NCBI GenBank assembly: GCA_035084275.1
Contig: CM068750.1
Location: 8,184,001 to 8,248,000, forward strand
Length of the DNA: 64,000 bases
Reading direction: 5' to 3'
From: Hydrolagus colliei
Lineage: Eukaryota
In this document: piece after piece, positions 50,875 to 63,149 of the stretch
How positions within the stretch are numbered: position 1 is the first letter of the stretch
Layout of the letters: every line of letters starts with the position of its first letter
Position numbers and translations under genes: made by a program
Notes under the pieces: generated by a model
Database searches by the model: none
Told to the model about the DNA's origin: nothing
Seen by the model: the letters and a program-made list of their open reading frames with translations, nothing else

Positions 50875-51300
50875 TTTTGAGCACTTCTCTCATGTCTCCT
50901 CTCAACTCTCTTTGGTTTTAATGAAAAGAGCCCCAAGTTCACTTGTCTCTCCTCACAACTAACACCCCTCTGTCATCCTAAAGAAGTTTCTCCACATTCT
51001 CTACATTTCCTTTGGGGACATCCTCCTGACGTGAAATGCTTTATACCAATGTAATTTGTTGTTGTTGTCGTTAATGTCTTAACGGAGGTCACTCAGAACT
51101 GGGCACAATACTCCAACTGTAACTAAACTATTGATTTCTATAGGTTTACCATTCCATTGTGGTGTTATCTTAATTTGTAAAATTAGGGTACTGGATGGAT
51201 CTATCATTGGCAAAAGAAACTCCATGTGGTTGACTACGTTAGAATAAATACACGACAGTAAATCTAACATAAGGTTACAGGGTGCCTTGAAGTCCATTTC
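50875..51300 (-). mobile_element. CR1 ORF2 relic interrupted by an L2 tail-only insert (51011-51071)
   Basis: MDFKA; QLEYCAQF* (~LEYCVQFW); reverse of LGLFSL..RLRGDM. Confidence 0.6.
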
Positions 51301-51507
51301 TTTTATGGCATATTATAGTTTGTTGGACATTGATTGGTTGCTCGTGTAGTTGAAGGATGATGACAGTTGGATCGAAGGATTAATGATTGGGATCTAATCT
51401 CTGCCAGTTAACTGAGTGATGGCTGATTCTTGATTACCGAGAAACAATAGTCAGAATATATTGTAACGTGCTGATTGGCATTTAGAAAATCTTATGATAT
51501 ATTGAAG

Positions 51508-51825
51508 ATGTCAACTTGGCTCAGTAGGTACCATTCTCACCTTTGACTCAGAGGGTTGTAGGTTCACGCTCCACACTGGGTCTATAGGGTACTGTACTCT
51601 CCTCTGCAATGCTGGTGGAGAACTGATTATCACAGTTGCGTTCTTCAAAAGGGATATCAAACATTGTCTGCTTGCTTAGATAGATGACACCATTCAAAAG
51701 AAGAAGGAATTTCTGTTGATATCCTGGCCAACATTCTTCCAATAAAAACCATTCACCTCACAGCTATGGCTAATACAGTCAATACACTGACAGCAAGTTG
51801 AGACATTCAAACTTCTCAACATCGT
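51508..51825 (+). mobile_element. Ancient SacSINE1-like Deu SINE
   Basis: Head tgtcaacttggctcagtaggta...gactcagagggttgtaggttca; Deu segment ttcaaaagaagaaggaatttct...atcctggccaacatt. Confidence 0.65.
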
Positions 51826-52127
51826 GGAGTCCTGTAGTTCAGTGGTTAGAGCACTTGCCTTACAAGTGAGAGACCTGGGTTTGATTCCAGACAGGGCAAA
51901 ATCTTGGGTAAGTTTCCTTACTCCACACGCTTGATAATAATCCTTCAAAAATAAACAATAATAAATTGGTCATTTAATTCCATGACTGTTTATGGGACAT
52001 TGCTTTCCACAATTGGCTGCCGCGTTTCGCCCACAACTATATAGTCAATTTACTTTATATCTGTGAAGCGTTTTGAGGTGTCTAGAAGACGTGAAAGAGC
52101 TATATCAAATATAAAGATTATTATTAT
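51826..52127 (+). mobile_element. Full-length Deu-domain tRNA SINE (short form), nested in the older SINE
   Basis: ggagtcctgtagttcagtggttagagcacttgcc...gggtttgattcc...aattggctgccgcgtttcgcccac...agattattattat. Confidence 0.92.
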
Positions 52128-53829
52128 AGGTGTTGTATAAAATGCAAGGATTGGTATTATTACAAAATTTATCCTACTGGTGAAACAAATATAGAAGCTG
52201 AAGCTTCTTAGTTATTTTTCAACTTGATCTTGTCCTGATCCAGTGTGAAATCACTTGGAAATAGTGTGACAGCAGGAAACCTTGCACTACCATAAAGAGA
52301 TTGTTACTAAACAACATCTGAAAAGCACAATCCTCTTCCACGAAGGATTGCACAGTTTGTATTTGACTGCCATTCAATTCAGATACATTGAAATCTATTT
52401 ATATGCAAATTTGATCTGAGCAATTTGCCAATACACCATAAAGAATATTTTTCCAAGTCTCACTTTGTTCTTGATTGAAGCTTTTGTTCCCAGACCTTTA
52501 GCTGAGCTTTTCAAATGTGGTCAACCACATATTGGCAAATTGGCATACTCCAATTTTGCATATTACAAATGTTAGTTTGAAGCATGCTATTTTTATCCTG
52601 CATATTATATTTAACACAGGATCGATGTGCATTCTTTCAACTAAATGTTTACATTTAAAATACAAGTAATGGCTTTTATATTAGAGCCTTGTAAGAATTT
52701 TTTGAATTAATTTGGTAGTACTGTACTTTGGATTATTAAATTAGCAATAAGTTTTTTGAGATCTGGAATGCATCAAAAGTTTTGCCATCCGTTGTTTAAA
52801 ATTCTGTTGCATCTACATTGTTTTCTTTTTTAGAAAGAATTTGTAACATGCAGTAATGTATTTTTTGTTGGCCCAGTGTCAATAGTGGCTCTGTTGTGTA
52901 CATATCACCAGTTAATATCTTTAAATGTATGAAACTGATATAAAATTGAATGACGATTAAGAAATGAACCATTTCAAATTAAATTGTATAAAATAAATAT
53001 GCAGCTGAATATAGTTACAACCAATAAACACCATCAATGCAGAAGGCAAGGCAGAAATAAGGTCATGGAAGTAAAGTGGCAGAAGTATACAAAGCGGAAA
53101 TAAATGAAAGACATTGTCTTCAGAAAGAGTAGAACAAAGGAAAGGACATCTAAAAGGACTTCAAACATCTCTTTTCAAAGAGGTAAAGGACCAGTAAAAC
53201 GTTTAAACTGAGAAACCTTAAATAGCACTTAGCTTTGGGAACGCCAAAGTTTTAAAAGGTATTAGCCTGTCAGTTGATGATTTCATAATAGCACACAGGA
53301 ATGGAGGAGCAATTTAGACTTTCTGCACTGACAGAAGGAATTCAGATTTTAAAATGTTCAACTAATTGCAGGTGGGATTCAAAATACCAGGCAGTGGTAG
53401 AAATTCAGAGGGGATTTAGTGATCTGAAGACAAAAAGAGATTAGGTTGCCTTCTAAGAAGACAATGAGCAGAAGTATAAGAAATTGACAGATTAGAAAAA
53501 AAAAGCATGAACAATAATAAATTGGAAAAAAATTAAAAGCAGGGTAGACAAATAAGAAACAATTTTATTATAAACAAGGGTCAAAATGGAACAAAACACA
53601 AAACAGGTGCAAAATAATTTCCAATCGAGTACATGGAAAATATCCTATGTATTCTTGTTCTGGGTCAATAATAAGGTCTTAAATGATTAATAACTTAAAT
53701 GATTCATTTAAGTTAACGAGTTGGCTCAACCTTGTATTCTGCCTCTCGGTTTTATTTTCAAAGTAATTAAAAACATTGAAATATTACACCTGAACAGGTA
53801 GTGGTTCGGGATTGTGGCTCGGAGGCTTT

Positions 53830-54450
53830 CTTAAGGAAAAATTAGTTCCATTGCAATTATTGGTGGGGCATCTCTCATGCCTCAATAAACTCCTGAATGC
53901 TTGTTCCAAAGTCTCAAATACCATTCAGTGACAGTCTGTGTGGTCTGAGCATGAAGTTTGCCTGGACAAGACCAATAGCAAGATTTTGTACTACACCCTT
54001 ACAACAAACTCTATAGCTTCCTTCTGCCTTTTCCTTTCCTCATCACTCTGTTTAACCCAGGAATCTTGCACCAAACCTACACTAACCAGGATGGACTTGA
54101 AGATAGTGATATTCACTTTGGTACTTGTTGCTGGAATGATAGGGATCCTGGCCCTGCTTCTTGATGTTCTGCCTCAAATGACTCAACCTCCAACTCTGGT
54201 GTGTGTTCGCCTGCTCTGCTTAACTATTGATTACAAACAGATGAGCATTTAAAGGGTTCCAAATCTCCAGAGAAACATCAAATCCTTTACTTACCTTATT
54301 GAGCAATTTCTCGTTAAAAAGCACATCCTGTGCAGTACTACATGCCCATTTGTCAACTTCAAGTACAACTTTAAAATAATCTACTTGCCAATTAAGAAGA
54401 TCATCATTGTTGCCCTTGATCATCTCTGAATATGTTGGATGCTGTAACAA
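53830..54450 (-). mobile_element. CR1 RT relic
   Basis: DYFKVVLEVDK...EKLLNKV..G...IW (~EFFExVT..VD.G...RLL.KL..G..W); KAEG...KGV...MLRPH. Confidence 0.4.
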
Positions 54451-55450
54451 ATATTTGCAATCAAGGGCACTAATGTATATTCTTCAATGTATTTTTGGAT
54501 TTGTTATTCGTGTAACTCCAGTGACTATTTCTGTAATTAACCTCCATTTTTCTACAAAAGCACATGCATTCAGTCCTAATTGTGTTTTCATTTCAATGTT
54601 CCATATGCCAAGGACAAGAGGGGACCTGCTTTGTCAAATCCCTGCACAGTGCACACAATTAAGCCTACATTTACGTAACTCTTTTCTATGTTGACAGGAT
54701 GAGGACACTTTTAGGTGGGAACAGACTGGAATCAGGGCAGCTGTTCATTACCTGTGACCACTATTTACAGTTTTTCACCTCCAGGCTTATGCAGGGAGGT
54801 CTACTTGGACCTGTACTCTATTTTAATCAAGATTGCACTTGGGTTAATTTTCCTTTTTGTCCCAGTCATTAAAGCAAAATAGCCTACAAATGGAATGAAT
54901 CAAAGGCCTGGTTGTAAACGAGAACACCATCAACAATTTGAAAAAAGAAAGTACTGTTACATGTAGTTAGAATTTTACAAATGGGGAAGCAGACACTATC
55001 CTGCTTGAAACATGTTATATAAATGCAGATTGTTGTTACAGAGGAGTGACAATTTACCTAGATAACCAAAGCTCATTCCTGTAGATTTATGCAGACTTGT
55101 GCCCATTCAATATCACCAAGACAGACAGTATGTCTGTTAACCTAGAAATTAAACTGTGCTTGTTCAATGTCATAATTCAGTGCATAGACGGGAAAATTGC
55201 AGATTTCTGCATGGATACAGAGATGTAATTGTGTGTGATGGCACTCAGATGGGTAAATACATTTTCTGTTATGTTTTATATTGTAGAATTTCCATTATTC
55301 AACAAATGTCAAAGTGAAAAAGAAATTTCCTGACGCTGCCTAAACTGTGAACATGTTACACTGATCTGTGCAGGATAATTTACATAAATGATACTTTGTA
55401 CATTGTACCCATTCAATTAGATCTTAGAGAAGACATTCTCACTTACATTG

Positions 55451-55630
55451 AATAATAATAATCCTTGCATTTGATATAGCTCCTTGTCATGTCATCGAAT
55501 CATGTTATCTCAAAATGCCTCAACGGATTTTATTGTGAAGTTTAGTGATTGTAACTGTAGGTGAACACAGCAGCCAATTTGCACATAGCATGTCCCAAAC
55601 ACACACATGAAATGAAAGAACCATTTTATT
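55451..55630 (-). mobile_element. Older Deu-SINE 3' half
   Basis: aataataataatccttgcatttgatatagc...cagcagccaatttgcacatagc. Confidence 0.8.
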
Positions 55631-56479
55631 TTGCCGTGCGATGCGTTTGTGTTTTTGTTCGAAGCCTTAAATAACTGACATTACAGTTAACCCATCAGAA
55701 TTGTTTGCAGTGTGGCTACGCTGAAGGGGTGAGACGTTCATAGCATTAAGAGCTTCCTCTGTTACAATCTTGTTTGAATATTTGGATGAGAGAATTCATT
55801 ATGAATACCATTCATCTCTGGCTTGAGTGAACTTTGTGCTATCATTTCAGTAATTAGCTTTCATTTATTTCCTTCACCTTCTGTGCTCCGCGATGAAAAG
55901 ATAAAGTTTTATCTTAATGTTAGTTCAGGATGGTAGAATAACATGACAGCTTTATCCATTTATGACGACTCCAGCTGCTGCATCTGCTGCAAACTAATCT
56001 TGTGACCCAGTGAAAGAGCTAACACGATTCCAGAAATTCAGTTGTTTCAAGCAGGTGACATAACATCAGAACAAAACATCATCATTTGTACAGGCCAATA
56101 TAGAACCAATTGTCTTGTCAGCAACTTGTGTTATTTCACTTAATGGTTTCTTCAATGTGTGCTTACTTAGCTAATTTCTTTTAAAATTGCTTTTCACTTG
56201 CTGTCTTCCAGTAAATCATTGTGAAGCAATTCAAAAAATGTCCTTTTCAAACATCATTAGCAGTTGTTTGATGAACTCTGTTCAGGAAGCAATCAGATGC
56301 TTTTGTGTTTTTGTTCACGGGCTTTGAATAAATGGCATTACAGTCAACCTATCAGGTTTGCTTTTTTCGACAGCCACTATACTATGTCTATGCTTAAATT
56401 TGGTGCTGGTTACAGAATGACTCATCTTTGTTCTATTGTGCATGGACAAGAAGATAAGGTGTTACTGAGTTTTTCTCTT

Positions 56480-56746
56480 CTTCCAGACATCTCAAAGCAC
56501 TTCACAGAATATACTGTAAAGTGAATTGATTGAATATTTCTGGGCAGAATGGAGCAGCCAATTCCGTACAGCAGTGTCCCACAAACAATGGATTGAAGTG
56601 ACCGATTTATTATTTTTTTTCTCTTGAGGGATTATCATCAAGTGTGTGAAATAAGGAAACTTGCCCAAAGTTTCACCCTGCCAGAAATCGAACCCAGGTC
56701 TCTCGCTTGAGAGGGAAGTGTTCTCACTACTGAGCTACAGGACTCC
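56480..56746 (-). mobile_element. Deu-domain tRNA SINE
   Basis: gacatctcaaagcacttcacagaatatactg...aatcgaacccaggtctctcgc...tgagctacaggactcc. Confidence 0.9.
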
Positions 56747-56754
56747 AGAGCAAA

Positions 56755-56952
56755 TTGAGGCTGACACTCCGATGCAGTGCTGGGGGTGTGCTGTATTGGT
56801 GCAGGTGTAGTCATTTATATTGTGGCACAAATTAGGTTACAAATTTGTATACAAAGTATGGAATCAATACACTTCATAGTATTTCCTTTGAAGCGCTTTG
56901 AGACATCCTCTTGTTGTGACAGGTGATTTATCAATTACAAGGTTTATTATTA
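56755..56952 (+). mobile_element. Ancient SacSINE1-like fragment
   Basis: aggctgacactccgatgcagtgctgggggtgtgctgtatt...tgaagcgctttgagacatcc. Confidence 0.55.
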
Positions 56953-57125
56953 TTCAAAACTAGTCCTAGTACTAGAATAGATTCATTGCTCATGGAATTT
57001 AACGAATTGTTCCTGTCTGTCACTGTAAGTATTGCATGTAGATTTCAAATCCCTGGCTGATCTATCTTTAGCATCACTGCCCCGTTTTCAACATCATAGA
57101 TGTATTTCACACCTGGATCTGTACC

Positions 57126-57262
57126 TCAACTACAATTACCTATATCCCTTGCTACCCTTGCCCAACAAGAATCTATCCACTCAGTCTTAAAAATGTGAAA
57201 GTATCCAGCCTCCACAGCCTTTTGGGGGAGAGAGTTCCATATTTCCACTACCCTTTTCCTGA
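57126..57262 (-). mobile_element. CR1 ORF2 terminus
   Basis: RVVEIWNSLPQKAVEAG..HIFKTE. Confidence 0.8.
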
Positions 57263-57828
57263 AAAGAAAAAGAAAAGTTATAGAAATCATATCTTTACTT
57301 TTGAGAAGAAAAGAGCTGCGCATTAGCTCAGCAGAAAATGTTTGCTACACGGTTTATTCTCCATTTATATACGAGCACTTAAGAGTAACCCCACTGTAGT
57401 TTACACTGGCTCTGAGAGATTAGTGTCAGAGCAGTTCTGTACACACTGAAGACACAGTGGGACAGCCCCAATGAATGCAGATTTCTTGTCAGCCTCTGTA
57501 GTCTCATTAATGTTTCAATCAAGTGTCGCTCTCTCATGTGGTGTTTTGTCCGAGAACTGTTCTATGGAGGAGCAAGTGAAGGGAAAAATCTCTTCCTCCA
57601 GTCATACATTTACAGAATTAAACTTTCCTTGGAATAGACTTTCATTCTTATTGATAATACTTAACTTGCATATTTACGATGTTTCCTTTTGCTCTTTTTC
57701 CCTATGGATTTAGTCAAGAAATACACAAGAAAGCAGTGGCAGTGGGTGACATATAATATTTTCTCATATTTTTGACTGCCAATGTCAACTTCAGAAAGTT
57801 AACACTCACAAAGGGCTATGTTAGAAAC

Positions 57829-58088
57829 GTAGTTGGAACCTGTTTGTCAAATGATTGGCGGGTTGCTTTCCAGGGTAATAATAGTCCCTCCAAAAACTAA
57901 TAATAATAATAATAATAATTTGGTCACTCAATACACAACTGTTTATGTGACACTGTTGCATGCAATTGGCTGCTGTGTTTCACTCATAAAATATGCAGTC
58001 AACTCACTTTACAGTATATCTTGTGAAGCACTTTGAGACATTTCAAAGACGTGTTAAGGCACTATATCAAATGCTTGGATTATTATTA
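57829..58088 (+). mobile_element. Deu-SINE (long-form middle), headless
   Basis: ggaacctgtttgtc..gattggcgggttgctttccaggg...atcaaatgcttggattattatt. Confidence 0.85.
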
Positions 58089-58092
58089 CTAA

Positions 58093-58415
58093 ATGGCTTC
58101 TGGATAAATCTCTGTAACAATACATCTGCATCTAATTGTTATATTCCTGTGATTCATTAGAATTTTTTTTACAACTAGAGTTAACCATAACAATGGCAGA
58201 TGTTTAATTAAATTCATTTGAATGCACTAAAATACAGAAATTGTGACTTGAGTGTCAAGAATCAAGTCCAAATCCCAAGGTCCAAAATATGATAATGGTT
58301 ATTGATATTACATGGCTTTTTCTGCATTAGAGACAAAGGACAGATTCAGGCAAAATGTGACTGATAGAACATATTAATTGTAGGGGAAGGAATATGTCAA
58401 ACTTTAAACACAGAC
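58093..58415 (+). repeat. Copy 2 of the diverged ~320-bp direct repeat (copy 1 at 50438-50750)
   Basis: Same ordered blocks as copy 1. Confidence 0.85.
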
Positions 58416-58460
58416 ATCTGCAGCAGTTCTTGTCTTCATGGCGTAAACCTGAAAATTAAG

Positions 58461-58810
58461 TGTCGCCTTGGCTCAGTTGGTAGCAATCACACCTCTGTGT
58501 TGTAGATTTAAGCCCCACATAGGAATTAGAGCTCATGGTCTAGCATGACACTACAGCTGCATTTTCCATCTTGTTGTCTTTTGGATGAGATGTTAAACAG
58601 TACCCCATCTGCTTGTTTTTTATGTCCCGTGAGCCGATTCAGAAAGAGAAGAGAGTTTCCTGTGGTGGCCTGGCAAACAGTCTTTCAGTTAATTTAGTTA
58701 TTCAATTCATGGTTATTTTGATGGACCTTCGCTATTCTGCCACATTTGTTACTTTCAACATATTAGTTGCTCTAAAATGTAAATTCTTTCAATTCTGGTA
58801 TCAAGAGCTA
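58461..58810 (+). mobile_element. Ancient SacSINE1-like Deu SINE
   Basis: tgtcgccttggctcagttggtagc...gtcttttggatgagatgttaaac...ccccatctgc...agagaagagagtttcctgtggtggcctggc. Confidence 0.65.
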
Positions 58811-58865
58811 ATCATTTAGACAGTAATGTTTGAGTCACAATCTTGTGAAGGATTAACAACCCAGA

Positions 58866-58950
58866 CTTAACTCTGTGATTTTGCAGAGTTAAGATTCCAA
58901 CGTTGGTCGTTGGAATCGATTCCAACGTTGGTCGTTGGAATCGATTCCAA
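58866..58950. repeat. Cluster of abutting perfect hairpins and a 25-bp tandem palindromic repeat
   Basis: cttaactctg-N8-cagagttaag, then (gattccaacg-ttggt-cgttggaatc) x2 and gattccaa. Confidence 0.92.
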
Positions 58951-59552
58951 AGGAGGCTTTTGAATTTGGAGGAAGAGATGAGATTTTCCTGCCACCTGAC
59001 ATACATGGCTGGCTGCAAGGTCCAATCACTGGAGGGGGAGGATAACATAAGATTATCGATTACACAAATTTAACAAACAATCCTGAGCTTTCTTGAGTGA
59101 TTCATTGTCTTCCGTTCAGTTTTCTAACCATTTTCACCATCTGTTTTCTTTAGCTTTTGCTCAGAGATGTTTGCCATGTCAGTGAGCTGGAAGATCTCAA
59201 CTGAAGTGAATTTGGTACATTGATAGAGAAATAGGTGGACAAAATCACAAGAAAGTATTCTGAGCAGAGTTCTTTACTTGTTTATTTCCATGCTTAAAAG
59301 CCCATTTGTTAGCTCACTGTCTAATTATGTTTGCATCTGCCTGCAATGACTCAGTTGTTAGTTGTCTTTCAGACGAACAGTTAACCATCTTGTTGAGACT
59401 GACATAGAAATACTTTCCCAATCACGAGCACCTATGGTGCCACAAATCTCTGTTAAGCTGAGGCAGAAGCACTAAGGTGTGATCTTTTAGATTCTACCCA
59501 AATGCTCCCAATTTTTTCCTCCTTCCTTCACCCACTGTACAGATTCTCATTG

Positions 59553-59668
59553 TAATAATAATAATCCTTGCATTTGATATAGCACTTAATCAGATCTCTG
59601 AGATGTCTCTAAGCGATTCACAGAATGTACTGTAAAGTGAATTGACTGTGTATTTTGTGGGCGAAATT
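59553..59668 (-). mobile_element. SINE tail fragment
   Basis: taataataataatccttgcatttgatatagc...gtgaattgactgtgtattttgtgggcgaaat. Confidence 0.85.
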
Positions 59669-61758
59669 GTAATTGCAATCCTAACTGAAGATGACAGCTA
59701 TTCCGAATTTAACTGATTTAGGATAGCTCTGATTATGAGAGCTAAATGTATATTTGTAGCCTTAAGCACAAAAGACAAAAGATTAGGCGACAGTCCAAAT
59801 GAACCAAATTTTCACAGTTGCTGCTGCTGAAACTGCAATACTGAACTGATTTTTAATTAAATGCGAAATGGCAAATGGACTCTGACCTTTCTATCATGAT
59901 GTCTTGCACTACAAACACGCATTTCAAAATGAAGAGGCACTCCAAAAATTTATTGTGACTCCACACAGATCTGTGTGGACTCATTGTGTTGTACCATTGC
60001 ACATTGCATAGTACTGTAGTACAGTAGCTATTTATTTTCCAGATCTGATACACACAGAAAACCATCACCGTATTTAACAGTCACCAGCATAGTAGCATAA
60101 AGAAGCTTCAAAATACACATTTTTATCAGGAACTGATATTATAATCTTGTGTAGTCAGCTGTCTTGTTTTAGTCTAGGAAAAGTATGTTTGTATGGGCCA
60201 ACAGAAATTGGGCTTGAATCTTGTTACTAATTCCATTTTACAGATGTCAAGATTAAGTGTTTTGAGACGTCTTCCAAATATGAAAGGTGCTATATAAATG
60301 TAAATTGTATTGCATTTTATTGTAACACACGCCTTGTGATATTAGAATGTATTCATATCTGTTCCACACAAACCGTTCAAACGTCTCTTCGTTACTCATT
60401 CCCTTTATAAGAATGTTCTGATGTAACATAACTTGGCAAATTTTGATGCGTTTGCAGGATCCAACCAATATTTAAATTTCCACCGTAACTTCATTCCATG
60501 CTGTAAGATATTCTGTCATTTAAAAGTTGCAGTTAAAATCACAGTGTTATTTGGTACTATATACCAACTCTAATTTAGCTTTAGATTTAAACCAAACATT
60601 TCCTAGAAAAAAGATACCCATGTTTTACTCAATACTATTATCTTATGAATGATTGATACTGTTTGCTTCTGCATCTAACAAACCTAATAAATAGTATACC
60701 AAGGGTATAAAAAATTGAATGGAAAAAATAATATTTATTTCTAGCCTCATAAGATGCATAGCCAAACAGGAATAAATTGCACTATTGAAAAATATATCAC
60801 AGATTTTCACAATTGTATATAAATTTTTAAATGGGAATTCAAAACCATTGTTTTTAAACAAGGCATTTTTTTTGTGTTATATGCATGTGCTTCGCCTTAA
60901 TTTTCTACTGGGTAGAAACATAAGCATCAATTTACAATGAAATTGGATTGCTGTGAGAGTCTCTCAATTTTAATGGATTTAAATCATTGCTTAAATGCGT
61001 CACAATCAGCAGTATACCATGTGCATTTCTTAGTTTGTGCTTTTCCACGCCATTAGGTCAGATTGTATTGCTTTTTGACTTGAGGTCTAGTGGGAGTGCT
61101 TAAACATATGTTTCAATCATAATATTACACACAATAGATTGTGAAATCTGTGAAAAGTAATCACAATTATGCTTAACCGATTTGCTTGTCATAACAACTC
61201 GAATCATTGATTTTTATTCAGAATTACATTTTGTAATGCAACTGCATTGAAAAGCCATGTTTAATTTCAAGAATGACTTCTTCTTTTTAGTCCTCAGCAC
61301 CACAGACTGCAAGGTAATAGCATTGTTATGTTTTTGACAGCATTTGGAGTTGTCCTGATGGGAGTATTAACCTTATTCAAAATGTACTAGAGAGTCCTGT
61401 TTGAATTCATTCAGTTATTTTATATTCTGTTTAAATGTATTATAATGTAACATTTGGTCATTGGGAAGATACTATTGTGCTGAACTAATACCTAATGGTT
61501 CTATTTATTTTGAGGGGTGAATCTTGAGGCCGTCATCAGGGGAAATAGAGAAGCTAAAAGAAAGCATCTTTCTCCAGCAAAAACAGTTTCAATTGCACAA
61601 AGCTATCAAATCATTGACAAAGGTATATTAAATCACCAATAAGGAACTATTACCAATGGATTATTACTGGAAAAGAGGGGAGGTTAAAATAAATGATTTC
61701 AGGAAGAGAGCTATTTGAATAAGGAATGCTTTACCACAACCAGATTGTTTGATTTCTG

Positions 61759-62006
61759 ACAGGGGGAAACCTTGGGCAAGTTTCCTCACTCCATACTCTT
61801 GATAATAATCTCTCAAGACAAAAAACAATCATAAATTGGTATCTTCAATCCACATCTGTTCGTGGGGCACTGCTGTGCGCAATTGGCTGCCTCTTTTCAC
61901 CCACAAATATACAGTCAATTCACTTTACAGTCTATACTGTGAAGTGTTTTAAGACATCTAGAGATGTGAAAAGCGCTATATCAATTGCAAGGATTATTAT
62001 TATTAT
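61759..62006 (+). mobile_element. Deu-SINE, 5'-truncated
   Basis: gaaaccttgggcaagtttcctcactcc...gtgcgcaattggctgcc...tgcaaggattattattatt. Confidence 0.9.
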
Positions 62007-63149
62007 ATTGAGACTCGTATCCTAACATTTAAAAGGGAATTGGGTTCAAGGAGGAAAATTATAAGAGTACATACTGAGGAAATTGGGATTAGATTAACTC
62101 CACTATAATTTCTATGATTCTAGGTGTACAGGGCAGGAATACAGTTTTATCTGTATTCATCTCATGCACACACCCACTGCTTAATGCACAAAAAACAAGC
62201 CTGGAACTATATCATGAACGTGAATGGTGCAGCGAACCTGGCAGAGGTCAGGACACATTTCCTTAATGTGAAAGAATAGCAAAGCAGAAAATAGTCTTCA
62301 AACATCAGGAACACAAGACTGTGGAATTTGAGTAATTAGACGAACATTGTCACAGATCAGGGGCGTGCCTTGGACATATTTCATTGACATTAGCCATGGA
62401 CAAGGACAAAATCTGCATGTCTTGAAAGAAAATCCACATTAATTGCATTTCTTGATTCCATACTAGAGCTGCCATTCATTCCATTACCCAACACATTCAA
62501 TATAGTTAAACATACACTGCACAACTCAGCATTTCAAATATCAGTTGAGATTTTTTGATTTAAGGAAGACATTTTTTTTTCTGACTGGTTTGTATTTGTG
62601 AAAATTGCAGTACTGATCCTTAGAAAATCACAGTTCTTACTTATGTTGAACATACTTATGGTGAGAAATAAGCTTGAAATGTAAAACTGCAGATATCAGA
62701 TGTGTGGAAGCACAAAACACTGAGAATGCGATGTTTCTTTCAATAAATAAGATTGACAGGATTGAAGGGTACAGCTTTGACCTTATATATCCACTGGATG
62801 ATATTGTGCACTTCTAAGAATAAGTATTCTTTGAACCCATTCCTTTGTTTTATTATTAAGCAGTTATGACGTGTATACAATGTTCAGAGTGTGCAAATAA
62901 CATACTTATAAGGCAATAGCTTATTTTTTAAAAAGTGTTTTGCATGTAACCCATCATCACTGAGTGTATTCCATGTCATTTAACTTACTTCATTATAACG
63001 CTTATCATTTTTCACTTTGAAATGCAGTTTAATCGTGGAAGATGATATGTGGCTTTTTGGGAAGAGTTGTTTATCTTAGAACTGCAGAAATCTAACACAA
63101 ACATTTTTTTTCCTTTTTGTTTATTCTTTGCAGACTAATCCTATCATAT

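Noticed and set aside
51826-51897. tRNA gene (also the heads at 3659, 6743, 12940 and 56746)
   Set aside because: These tRNA-like sequences run directly into SINE bodies and lack an intact cloverleaf and terminator, so they are SINE heads.
53000-53640. A-rich plus-strand CR1-like linker relic (LEKKL...NKKQFYY)
   Set aside because: Only one weak motif, too degenerate to support as a feature.
58893-58950. CRISPR array
   Set aside because: The palindromic units abut with no spacers, there are only ~2.3 copies, there are no cas genes, and the context is vertebrate.
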